The notes beneath the pieces were generated by a model. The model saw only the letters and a list, made by a program, of their open reading frames with translations. It ran no database searches and was not told the DNA's origin. DNA of 64,000 nucleotides. Origin: Candidatus Undinarchaeota archaeon. Its GTDB lineage: Archaea; SpSt-1190; JASMDC01. A program made the translations under genes and the position numbers. The stretch's first letter is position 1; each line of letters begins with the position of its first letter. This document shows positions 37,918-46,354 of the stretch, in pieces. Location of the stretch: NCBI GenBank assembly GCA_964519305.1, contig CAZFHY010000001.1:486218-550217 (forward strand), written 5' to 3'.

Positions 37918-38798
37918 GCAGTCACGGGGCGATGGACCGGATAGGGCCCTTTATCCAGGTCCACCTTATCAAGTCCTTTCTTTGAGATGCGAACCGCAAC
38001 ATCCCGTAGCCCAAGAAAAAGAGATTTTCCGTCATAAGGATCCGGAGCAGCATGAAGTACAGGTCCCTCGAGCGTCCCATGTACCTCGAACTCCCCGGTC
38101 TCAAGGTCCACTGTGAACACATCCCCCCCTTCAGTCCCAATAATCGCTTCCATTCCTGAAGGCCATACCGTTGTGATGCGCCCATCGAGTCGGCCCAGCG
38201 TACGGGGCCCATCTCCGTCGATCGCAACGAGGGCGCTCGTCCCACGCATCGTCTCATGGACCGTAACAAGAGCTTTTTCACCCCAATCAGTCACCAAGTC
38301 AGCAACGCCATGGTTCAGGGGATGGGTGATTGCGGGTTCATCGGGATCGGGATCAAGAATATGGAGCGCTCTACCACACACAGAAAGGATATATCCCTCC
38401 AGGGGCATTACGGCCCGTACATCCTCTGTGAAACGATACCCGTGGGGCTCTAGCCCTTCCCCTTTACGCCACCAGACTAGGCTGTCGTCAACGGGCACGA
38501 TGATTGCATCACCATCCTTGGCGGGGATCCCTACGTGTCTAGCAGATAATATTGTTCGCCAACGGGCGTCCGGATCGGGTCGCTCCAGGTCCAGAAGCAT
38601 GCTCTTAGGCCCTCTGAGAACGAGTACCAGCGGCCCTTCCGGTTCAATAGGTAGCATGAAGATAACTGCATGGTCATGGTCGGTGAACGAGAACACTGTG
38701 GAAGAGACAAGCCCCCCATCATCCATCGGCATCAGGGCCCCCATTGTCCCAGTGGCAGTCCCAAAGAACGCCAAAGGACATGCTCCCCGCATCCCCAT
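37842..38798 (-). CDS. Hypothetical beta-propeller-like protein, 3' end probably frameshifted
   Basis: Repeating blade-like segments (GRITTVWP..AIIGTEGGDVFTVDL, GPVLHAAP..LFLG). Confidence 0.5.
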   Translation of the reverse strand: MGMRGACPLAFFGTATGTMGALMPMDDGGLVSSTVFSFTDHDHAVIFMLPIEPEGPLVLVLRGPKSMLLDLERPDPDARWRTILSARHVGIPAKDGDAIIVPVDDSLVWWRKGEGLEPHGYRFTEDVRAVMPLEGYILSVCGRALHILDPDPDEPAITHPLNHGVADLVTDWGEKALVTVHETMRGTSALVAIDGDGPRTLGRLDGRITTVWPSGMEAIIGTEGGDVFTVDLETGEFEVHGTLEGPVLHAAPDPYDGKSLFLGLRDVAVRISKKGLDKVDLDKGPYPVHRPVTAYWSARRRSSSSNLREMVHSSLSIR

Positions 38799-39089
38799 GT
38801 TCAGTCATGCGGGCGCACATTAATTTAAAATGGACCATGTGAGTGCATCATTCCAACCGTCAACCTAAGCCGGAAAAACATGCGGGAAATATCGGGTTTG
38901 AGAGCCTTCGAACGTTGCGTGACCGTCCCGACGTTGACATATCCGCGTTTCCCTCGCATTATTGAAAGTGAAAACACCTGAAATATCCCCCTTGATTGTT
39001 TACTTTTCGTTTAGCGACCGTTGCGCAACCGTTTCAGGAAATCATTTTATACCGGGATGAACTAAGCCACTTCCGTTTAGGTGAACACC

Positions 39090-39674
39090 ATGCCGTCCAA
39101 CAAGAAATCTGCAAGGGGCCAAGCCGCGCTTGAGTTCCTCATGACGTACGGGTGGGTTCTAGTGATTATCGTTATCGCTGGCGCCGCCCTGTATTCGATG
39201 GGTATCTTGAACCCATCCACATATATGAAGAAGGGCTGCGTCGGCTTCGAGAAGATCCACTATAAGGACCATCTCTTCAAGACGAGCCCTGACGACACAG
39301 GACTCTGGACCGTCTGGTCCTCTGAGACCGAGCGCGAGAGCATCTTCCAGCTCCGTATCCAGAACGGCGCTGGCGAGACACTTCGCATCCGAGGTCTCGA
39401 TGTGGAGTACCCCGATGGTATCCACGTGACCTGGTCCGAGCGCGGGTACGACTGCGACTACTACAACACCGCAGACTCCACCGACTCGGGCTGCCAGGAG
39501 CAGAACGTGTCAGAGGCCGAGGTCACCACCCTCAAGATGGAGGATGTAGGCCGCGGAACTCTGGACCTCCGCTTCGGTACAGTGTACAGGTCCAAGGTGA
39601 AGGTCACCTTCGATGTGTTCAACGCACTGGCTGACCACACTGAGACCGCCATCTGCTCGGGTAAGCTCGAGTAG
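39090..39674 (+). CDS. Type IV pilin-like protein with class III signal peptide
   Basis: KKSARG|QAALEFLMTYGWVLVIIVIAGAALY, followed by a Cys-containing beta domain. Confidence 0.85.
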   Translation: MPSNKKSARGQAALEFLMTYGWVLVIIVIAGAALYSMGILNPSTYMKKGCVGFEKIHYKDHLFKTSPDDTGLWTVWSSETERESIFQLRIQNGAGETLRIRGLDVEYPDGIHVTWSERGYDCDYYNTADSTDSGCQEQNVSEAEVTTLKMEDVGRGTLDLRFGTVYRSKVKVTFDVFNALADHTETAICSGKLE

Positions 39675-39686
39675 ACCTGACGGAAA

Positions 39687-39725
39687 GAAGGGGTCCTCCG
39701 GGACCCCTTCATTTTTCTCTTTTTC
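39687..39725 (+). terminator. Hairpin plus T-tract terminator after the pilin
   Basis: GAAGGGGTCC-TCCG-GGACCCCTTC perfect 10-bp stem followed by ATTTTTCTCTTTTTC. Confidence 0.8.
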
Positions 39726-39741
39726 TGTTTTTCTCTCCGCT

Positions 39742-40158
39742 ATGAAGAAGACCGAACGGAAATCTCGCATCTCCGTGCGGCCCCAGACACTCATCCTCCT
39801 GCTCATTCTTTCCCAAGCATTTGATGTAATTACGACCTACGTGGGCATCCAGCTCGGATTGACTGAACGGAACACTCTGATCGTACCAATCGCCAACGAC
39901 CTACTCAGCCTCATTGAGTTCAAACTTGTTTTCTTCTTCCCAATAGTACTCCTTCCTGTTGCCCTCCTGTACATCGCTTACATTGCATCTGTGACCACTA
40001 AACGGCACACGGACAAGAAATTACATACCGCCCCCCGAAAAGAGAGCCATTTATTCAGCAATCTGCTTCAGGGCCTACTTTTCTTCCTACTTGTCTGGAG
40101 TTGGGCTGTTATTGTCAACAACATAATCGGCATCGCTCACATAACGATAAGCCATTGA
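39742..40158 (+). CDS. DUF5658-like small membrane protein
   Basis: D..TTY.G...G..E.N pattern with several TM helices. Lower GC than its neighbours. Confidence 0.6.
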   Translation: MKKTERKSRISVRPQTLILLLILSQAFDVITTYVGIQLGLTERNTLIVPIANDLLSLIEFKLVFFFPIVLLPVALLYIAYIASVTTKRHTDKKLHTAPRKESHLFSNLLQGLLFFLLVWSWAVIVNNIIGIAHITISH

Positions 40159-40222
40159 GCCGTATAACCTAGGTCAGAGAGTTCCTTGAACTGTATAGCA
40201 TTCCCCTTGTAGGGCATGAAAG

Positions 40223-41662
40223 TTATCCGGAGGACGCCTGAGCCCGGTTCAGTTCCTCGGCAGAGATCATGTCCCGGTTCTCGAAGAGCGTCACTGCATC
40301 GTACTTTCCGTAGTGGAGGACAGGTGCCCGTAACACGTATCCATCCATCACGTACTTCCGGAAAGCAGGATCGTTCCCAATACCGGAAAAATGGAGTTCG
40401 TTTTCCCCGTCAGGTTGCGGTGTGCGTTTGGCCACGAGCACGATGTAACGTGTACGATGCACTGAGACCGCCTCGATAAGGCGCTCGGGAGCCAGTACAC
40501 CACTAGTGACACGGACGTAGTTGGAATCGAGTTCATTACCACTTATCTCAAGACCTGACAAGAACGCGAGCGTTGGAGCAGCAATAGCATGCCCGAACAC
40601 ACGTTCGTCTGGATTCGAATGCGTGCTGACGTATTGCGAGTACTTCAAGAGGGCAAGTCCAAAGGGGTGACCGGTGCGTGCCGCCGAATAATGGGGCGCG
40701 TTCCAGAAAAAGGCCGCGACGAGCACGGCCACGATTATGACCCCAGCACTCTTTCCCCAGGAGCTCCACCGATCCAGTGTCCCCCCTGCGAACACGGAAA
40801 GAGGGACGAGCGGGAATATCAAGTACTGGAGGAATATACGCTTCTGGATGAGGATTAGAAAGGTGACGAGGGTAAAGAAGGCAGGGAAGGCCAGTGGTCG
40901 GTCCCGCCCACGCTCGATAAGAGAAGGAATGGCCGCTATGACGATCAGTGCTTCTGTAATAAGGAAGTTCTTGAGCACGCGAGCGCGGACTTCAAGATGG
41001 AAGGGCTCCTTCTGCATGTGGAAGAGCACAATCTGCTCAACCATCTGGTGAGGGCCGGCGATATACGCGAGCGCGCACCCGACAGGGACCGTAACTACCA
41101 GGAAAGCAAGAAGGAACTTTTTAACAGCTCCCCTCCGCCCCCACAGGTCGAAGAGGATGACAGGAAGGGTCACAACTGTGAAGAGCTTGGTGAGCACAGC
41201 GATCCCGCAAAGGACCCCAGCAGGAATCGGTCGCCGGGCATAATGTCGTTCTAGGGCCGCCATCGCGAACAACAGAGCAAGGACGTTCCCATCGGTCTGT
41301 CCAGACATCAAGAAGCCTTGTGAACTGAGGAGCAGGACGCAGGAGATCAGCGCAGCACGGTCATTATAGTATCGGCGAGCTAGACGAAAGCAGACAGCTA
41401 GGAGCGACACGTTCACGACCATAGCGATTGCTGTCCCGGCCATATACGTCGTCCCCAGGAACATGAAGACGGACGTGATGATGACGAGCATGACGGGCGG
41501 GTGTGCGAAGAAGAAATCCCTGTACGGTACACTTCCCCGGAGAGTGTCCCGGGCCATGAGGAAGTAGATGTTCTCATCGCTCGGCCGGGGGATGGTCGTA
41601 GGAGCATTGATCCAAGCACAGATGAGGAGCAGGATGATGAGGACCTTGGTAATGTTGTTCAT
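40223..41662 (-). CDS. GT-C fold glycosyltransferase (ArnT/PMT-like), paralog A
   Basis: DENIY..MA....G.VPYRDFFFAHPP, multiple TMs, LTK, QYL and an extracellular C-terminal domain. Start MNNITK matches paralog B. Confidence 0.85.
   Translation of the reverse strand: MNNITKVLIILLLICAWINAPTTIPRPSDENIYFLMARDTLRGSVPYRDFFFAHPPVMLVIITSVFMFLGTTYMAGTAIAMVVNVSLLAVCFRLARRYYNDRAALISCVLLLSSQGFLMSGQTDGNVLALLFAMAALERHYARRPIPAGVLCGIAVLTKLFTVVTLPVILFDLWGRRGAVKKFLLAFLVVTVPVGCALAYIAGPHQMVEQIVLFHMQKEPFHLEVRARVLKNFLITEALIVIAAIPSLIERGRDRPLAFPAFFTLVTFLILIQKRIFLQYLIFPLVPLSVFAGGTLDRWSSWGKSAGVIIVAVLVAAFFWNAPHYSAARTGHPFGLALLKYSQYVSTHSNPDERVFGHAIAAPTLAFLSGLEISGNELDSNYVRVTSGVLAPERLIEAVSVHRTRYIVLVAKRTPQPDGENELHFSGIGNDPAFRKYVMDGYVLRAPVLHYGKYDAVTLFENRDMISAEELNRAQASSG
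41045..41305. repeat. 261-bp tract identical to 42742-43002
   Basis: Base-by-base comparison at offset 1697. Extends to 40972-41305 with 3 mismatches. Confidence 0.9.
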
Positions 41663-41717
41663 GTCCGCGACAAGGGATGCGGGGGTCATTAAATCTTTAT
41701 GGGGCAGAAGCCGCGAC

Positions 41718-41900
41718 TCACCTTGTACCCATGTTGTCAAAGAGGACGATGGACTGCTCTCCGGTCCACCGTATGACCGGCGTCCGCAGCGTCCATCCAT
41801 CATATACTGGCGGAAAATCGTATCGTTGGCCAATCCCGAGAACGTAAAATCCGTTCATTTCCCGGATTCAGCTCGAATCCCTTTAAGATGAACATCGAGT
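41718..41900 (-). pseudogene. 3' remnant of a sixth GT-C paralog (C-type)
   Basis: Reads DFTFSGLANDTIFRQYMMDG / TLRTPVIRWTGEQSIVLFDNMGTR*, matching paralog C DYTFSGLGNNPVFTRYMMNGWTLRAPVLRWTEGRSIVLFENVGAG*, with a 4-bp loss in a TGGA run. Confidence 0.85.
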
Positions 41901-41919
41901 AAAGGTATCGGATTGACTC

Positions 41920-43359
41920 TTATTCTGAAGAGGCCTCGGCCCGGCTCAGTTCCTCCGGGGAGATCATATCACGGTTCTCGAAGAGCGCCACTACGTCATA
42001 CTTACCATAGTGAAGAACAGGCGCCCGTAGAATGTATCTCCCGAGCACATGATCCCGAAATGTGGGATCATTACCTATACCGGGAAAGCGTAACTCATGA
42101 TTCCCGTCAGCTTTTGGGATGCGCTTGGCCACGAGCACGATATAACGCGTTCGATGGATTGAGACTGCTTCGATGAGACGCTCAGGTGTCATAACTCCGC
42201 TCTTAATACGTAGATAGTTGGAATCCAGTTCATTGCCACTTATCTCAAGATCTGACAGGAACGCTAGCGTTGGAGCGGCAATCGCATGCCCGAATACGCG
42301 TTCGTCAGGATTCGAATGTGACCTGACATATCGTGAGTATTCAAGAAGGACGTGTCCGAAAGGATGATTGGTACGGGCAGCCAAGTGATATGGAGCAGTC
42401 CAGATGAACGACGCGACGAGTAAGACTATGATAAGGGCCTCGGTTCTCTTTCCCCGGTAACTCCACCTATTGAAAGTACCACCTGCTAACAAGGCAAGCG
42501 GAACGAGCGGGTAAATTAGGTACTGGGGTAAAATACGCTTCTGGACGAGGATGAGCAGTGAGACCAGTGTGAGGAAGGCAGGAATCGCCATGGGGCGCCC
42601 CTTCTTCCTTTCGATTAGCGACGGGATTGCTGCCAGTACGATCAGGGCGTTGTAACTAAGGAATTCCCTGAGCACGCGAGCGCGGACTTCAAGAGGGAAG
42701 GGCTCCTTCTGCATGTGGAAGAGCACCATCTGCTCAACCACCTGGTGAGGGCCGGCGATATACGCGAGCGCGCACCCGACAGGGACCGTAACTACCAGGA
42801 AAGCAAGAAGGAACTTTTTAACAGCTCCCCTCCGCCCCCACAGGTCGAAGAGGATGACAGGAAGGGTCACAACTGTGAAGAGCTTGGTGAGCACAGCGAT
42901 CCCGCAAAGGACCCCAGCAGGAATCGGTCGCCGGGCATAATGTCGTTCTAGGGCCGCCATCGCGAACAACAGAGCAAGGACGTTCCCATCGGTCTGTCCA
43001 GAAATCAGGAAGCCATGTGATCCGAGGAGCAGGGCACAAGACATCAGCGCGGCACGTTCGTTGTAGTATCGACGGGCAAGGCGGAAGAAGACGGCTAGGA
43101 ACGACACGTTCACGATCATGGCCACGGCGGTCCCAGTTAACCACGTAGTCCCCAGGAACATGAAGAAGGTGGTGATTATAATGAGCATCACGGGCGGATG
43201 GGCGAAGAAGAAGTCCTGGTAGGGTACGCTCCCCCGGAGCGTGTCCCGGGACATGAGAAAGTAGATGTTCTCGTCACTCGGGCGGGGGATTGAGGTGGGA
43301 GCATTGATCCAGGCACAGATGACGAGGAGAAGGATGAGGAGCTTGGATGTGTTGTTCAT
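41920..43359 (-). CDS. GT-C fold glycosyltransferase, paralog B
   Basis: Same motifs as paralog A, which is its closest relative; 479 aa. Confidence 0.85.
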   Translation of the reverse strand: MNNTSKLLILLLVICAWINAPTSIPRPSDENIYFLMSRDTLRGSVPYQDFFFAHPPVMLIIITTFFMFLGTTWLTGTAVAMIVNVSFLAVFFRLARRYYNERAALMSCALLLGSHGFLISGQTDGNVLALLFAMAALERHYARRPIPAGVLCGIAVLTKLFTVVTLPVILFDLWGRRGAVKKFLLAFLVVTVPVGCALAYIAGPHQVVEQMVLFHMQKEPFPLEVRARVLREFLSYNALIVLAAIPSLIERKKGRPMAIPAFLTLVSLLILVQKRILPQYLIYPLVPLALLAGGTFNRWSYRGKRTEALIIVLLVASFIWTAPYHLAARTNHPFGHVLLEYSRYVRSHSNPDERVFGHAIAAPTLAFLSDLEISGNELDSNYLRIKSGVMTPERLIEAVSIHRTRYIVLVAKRIPKADGNHELRFPGIGNDPTFRDHVLGRYILRAPVLHYGKYDVVALFENRDMISPEELSRAEASSE

Positions 43360-43418
43360 CTCCGTATCAAGGGATGTGGAGGGGAGTTAAATCTTTTTGG
43401 GGGTCGGGTAGGTCCGGT

Positions 43419-44825
43419 CTATCCGGCACCCACGTTCTCAAAGAGAACAATGGATCGCCCTTCCGTCCATCGAAGAACTGGTGCTCGTAGGGTCCATCCG
43501 TTCATCATGTACCGGGTGAACACCGGGTTGTTCCCCAGACCTGAGAACGTGTAATCCATCCCGTCCGCATTACCCTGACGTTCCCCAACAAATACGATGA
43601 ATCGGGGACGGTCTGTCTTTATCCGTTCAACGAACTCCGCTACGTCCAGTTGCCCGCTCGTGATACGAGCGTAGTTCAGGTCGAGCACATCGGCGCTCAT
43701 CCGTCGGTCGGCGAGGAACGCCAGGGTAGGGGCCGCTACCGCGTGACCGAGCACCGTGTCCTCAGGTGATGAGGTCGTGGCCACCGTCCATGCCATGAAG
43801 AGTAGAGCCCGACCAAAGGGTGTATCCGTCCTTGAAGAGAGGTTGTCTGCGACGGACCAGATCAGGTTCCCTGCAAGGACAAGGACTATGAGGACAGCGA
43901 AAGTACGGTCACGTGAGAACGCTCTATCGAGCGTCCCTCCTGCGAACACGGTCAGGAAGAAGAGGGGATATATCATGTATTGGATGTAGATGCGCTTCTG
44001 GGCGATTATCAATATGGTTGCGAGAACGAGCAGGCTGAAAATCGTACGGTTGCATGACCTGGAGGTTTTGCAGATAGCTGGGATAGCCGCGATTACAGCA
44101 AGTGCGTTCAGGGATAGGAACCGTACGATCACAGAGGTCCTTGCTTGTATCGAGTGTGGGTCCTTGGCGAGATGATAGAGCACAACGGGATTGACCACCC
44201 TTTCAACTCCCGAGATTGCACAGAACGTGCCCATGACGACAGTCAGCACTGCCGTCAGTGTGATAAGGAAGCGCCGGGTGTCGCCATTTCCCCCGGACTC
44301 GCGGAGCAGGTCGAACAGGATTACTGGGAGGACCACGACAGCAAAGAACTTGGTGACAACCGCGAACCCGCAGAGAATACCAGCCGTTGCGGGCCAACGC
44401 CTATAATAGGCAATCAACGCCGAAACGACGAACAGGAGCGAGAGGGCGTTCCCGTCCGTCTGTGCGGACATCAGGAAGCCCTGAGAACCAAGGAGGAGCA
44501 CACAGGACAACAATGCTGGACGTTCACCGATGAGACGACGCGTGAGGGCGAAACAGCCTATCAAGAGACCAAGTGATACCATTGTAGCCACAAATGTACC
44601 CACCTGCCACGTAGTACCTGCTGCAGCGAAGGTCGCTGTGAGAAGGATGAGCATCACGGGCGGATGGGCGAAGAAGAAATCCCGATAGGGTACGAGCCCA
44701 CGCCCCACATCCCTTGCCATGAGGAAATAGATATTCTCGTCATGGGGTCGTGGGACGGATGTGGGTGCGTTCACTAAGGCACAGACGATAAGAAGCGCGA
44801 TCAGGAGCCTCGTTGGAGTTCCCAT
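43419..44825 (-). CDS. GT-C fold glycosyltransferase, paralog C
   Basis: Motifs DENIYFLMAR, VPYRDFFFAHPP and QTDGN. Confidence 0.85.
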   Translation of the reverse strand: MGTPTRLLIALLIVCALVNAPTSVPRPHDENIYFLMARDVGRGLVPYRDFFFAHPPVMLILLTATFAAAGTTWQVGTFVATMVSLGLLIGCFALTRRLIGERPALLSCVLLLGSQGFLMSAQTDGNALSLLFVVSALIAYYRRWPATAGILCGFAVVTKFFAVVVLPVILFDLLRESGGNGDTRRFLITLTAVLTVVMGTFCAISGVERVVNPVVLYHLAKDPHSIQARTSVIVRFLSLNALAVIAAIPAICKTSRSCNRTIFSLLVLATILIIAQKRIYIQYMIYPLFFLTVFAGGTLDRAFSRDRTFAVLIVLVLAGNLIWSVADNLSSRTDTPFGRALLFMAWTVATTSSPEDTVLGHAVAAPTLAFLADRRMSADVLDLNYARITSGQLDVAEFVERIKTDRPRFIVFVGERQGNADGMDYTFSGLGNNPVFTRYMMNGWTLRAPVLRWTEGRSIVLFENVGAG

Positions 44826-44876
44826 GTCCGTGGTGAAGGGTGGCGCTGGTGAGTTAAATCTTTATTGCGCCCCGGC

Positions 44877-46292
44877 TCAGGCCGGACCCGAACCGGCCCT
44901 CCGCTCAAGGAGAAGAAGGACGTCGTATTGACCAAGCGGGCGTTCTAACACTCCCACGTAGTGCTCGAGGGCGAACTGTCGGAAGTCCTCGTCCAACGCA
45001 ATCCCAGCAAAGGAGTAGCGAGGACGGCCTTCCATCGGTATCCGGCTGGCCTTTAGCACGAGGTAGCTCGCTCGGTCGGCCTCGATGGCCTGTATAAGCT
45101 CGTCACCACTGAGGATACCGCTAGCTATCCGTTCATAGTTCGTGTCAATCACGTCACCGCTCATCCGACGGTCGGCGAGGAAAGCAATTGCAGTGGTCGC
45201 CGTACTATGCCCTGATATGCTCTCGTCCGGGCCTGTGGACTCGCGCACCTCTCGGGCTATATCGAGTATGGCACGCGAATACACCGGCTGGCCCTGTCTG
45301 GCCAGATGGTAACCGAGCGACGACCATCCAATGCTCGCGATAAGGACCACGATGACGATCGTCCGGAGCGCTCCTCCCCGTTCCACGACCGATCCAAGAA
45401 GCCCGCCCCCCAGTGCGGTGCAAGCGAGGAGCGGGTAGATAAGATAGGGGTAAACAAGACGCTGCTGAACTAGCACCAGCACAGTGGCCAGGATGAGAAA
45501 GGCAACCAAGGTGCGCGGCCGGTCAGGAAGTCTCCAGAGGGCGACAGCTCCCGCGACCACCGCGAGGGTGTTCGTACCGAGGAACGTCGCCAGGACCGCT
45601 GCGCGGGCATCGAACGTGAAGGGCTCTTTATGGAGGTGATAGAAAACAACGGAATCGAGCACGGGACCGTACCCGGCAATGGTCGCGAACGCCAGTGACA
45701 CGGGGATCACCACTGCAGCGATACCAAGGACGAACATCTGAGCGTCACGTCGCCTTCCAGGTGAGAGATACAGATCTATCAGTATCGCTGGCAAGGCGAC
45801 CACCGCGAAGAGCTTGGTCAGCACTGCAGTACCACACAGAGCACCGGCCGTGAACGGCCGTTTCGCCATGTGCCGCTCTAGAGCGAGCACACAGAATAGC
45901 AGGGAAAGGGCGTTCCCATCGGTCTGCCCAACCTCCAGAAGTGCCCTGGAGCCGAGGAGGAGGGCTGTCGCAAGGAGTGCACCATTCTCCCCGAAGCTCC
46001 GGCGGGTCAAATGGAAACAGCCGAGAAGGAGGCCGACGTTCACCGCGGTAGCGACAAGGGTCCCTGCCCACCACGTGGTGCCCAGTATCATGAACGTGCC
46101 TGCGAGCACGTAGAGCATTACTGGCGGATGGGCGAAGAAGAAGTCCCGGTATGGTACGGAGCCACGGAGCACCTCCCGCCCCATGAAGAAGTAGATGTTC
46201 TCGTCACGGGGAAGAGGGACCGATGAGGGTGCGGCCGCTACTGCACACAGGACGAGCATCGCGAGGAGGAGGAGCTTGGAGATAGTATCCAT
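44877..46292 (-). CDS. GT-C fold glycosyltransferase, paralog D
   Basis: Motifs DENIYFFM, VPYRDFFFAHPP and QTDGN. Confidence 0.85.
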   Translation of the reverse strand: MDTISKLLLLAMLVLCAVAAAPSSVPLPRDENIYFFMGREVLRGSVPYRDFFFAHPPVMLYVLAGTFMILGTTWWAGTLVATAVNVGLLLGCFHLTRRSFGENGALLATALLLGSRALLEVGQTDGNALSLLFCVLALERHMAKRPFTAGALCGTAVLTKLFAVVALPAILIDLYLSPGRRRDAQMFVLGIAAVVIPVSLAFATIAGYGPVLDSVVFYHLHKEPFTFDARAAVLATFLGTNTLAVVAGAVALWRLPDRPRTLVAFLILATVLVLVQQRLVYPYLIYPLLACTALGGGLLGSVVERGGALRTIVIVVLIASIGWSSLGYHLARQGQPVYSRAILDIAREVRESTGPDESISGHSTATTAIAFLADRRMSGDVIDTNYERIASGILSGDELIQAIEADRASYLVLKASRIPMEGRPRYSFAGIALDEDFRQFALEHYVGVLERPLGQYDVLLLLERRAGSGPA

Positions 46293-46354
46293 GTCCGTTG
46301 GTAGTGTTGTTGGGCTGATTCAATAAATGTTTGCCGGAGTGTACCTAATGCCCC

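Noticed and set aside
41663-41833. 57-aa N-terminal extension of paralog A in the ORF track
   Set aside because: It is read-through of the promoter and the pseudogene remnant. Similar spurious extensions affect 46355-48010, 50733-53111, 39613-40158 and 31058-31723.
40972-43002. Diversity-generating retroelement TR/VR pair
   Set aside because: No reverse transcriptase in the window, both copies lie mid-gene in intact paralogs, and the few mismatches are not adenine-specific.
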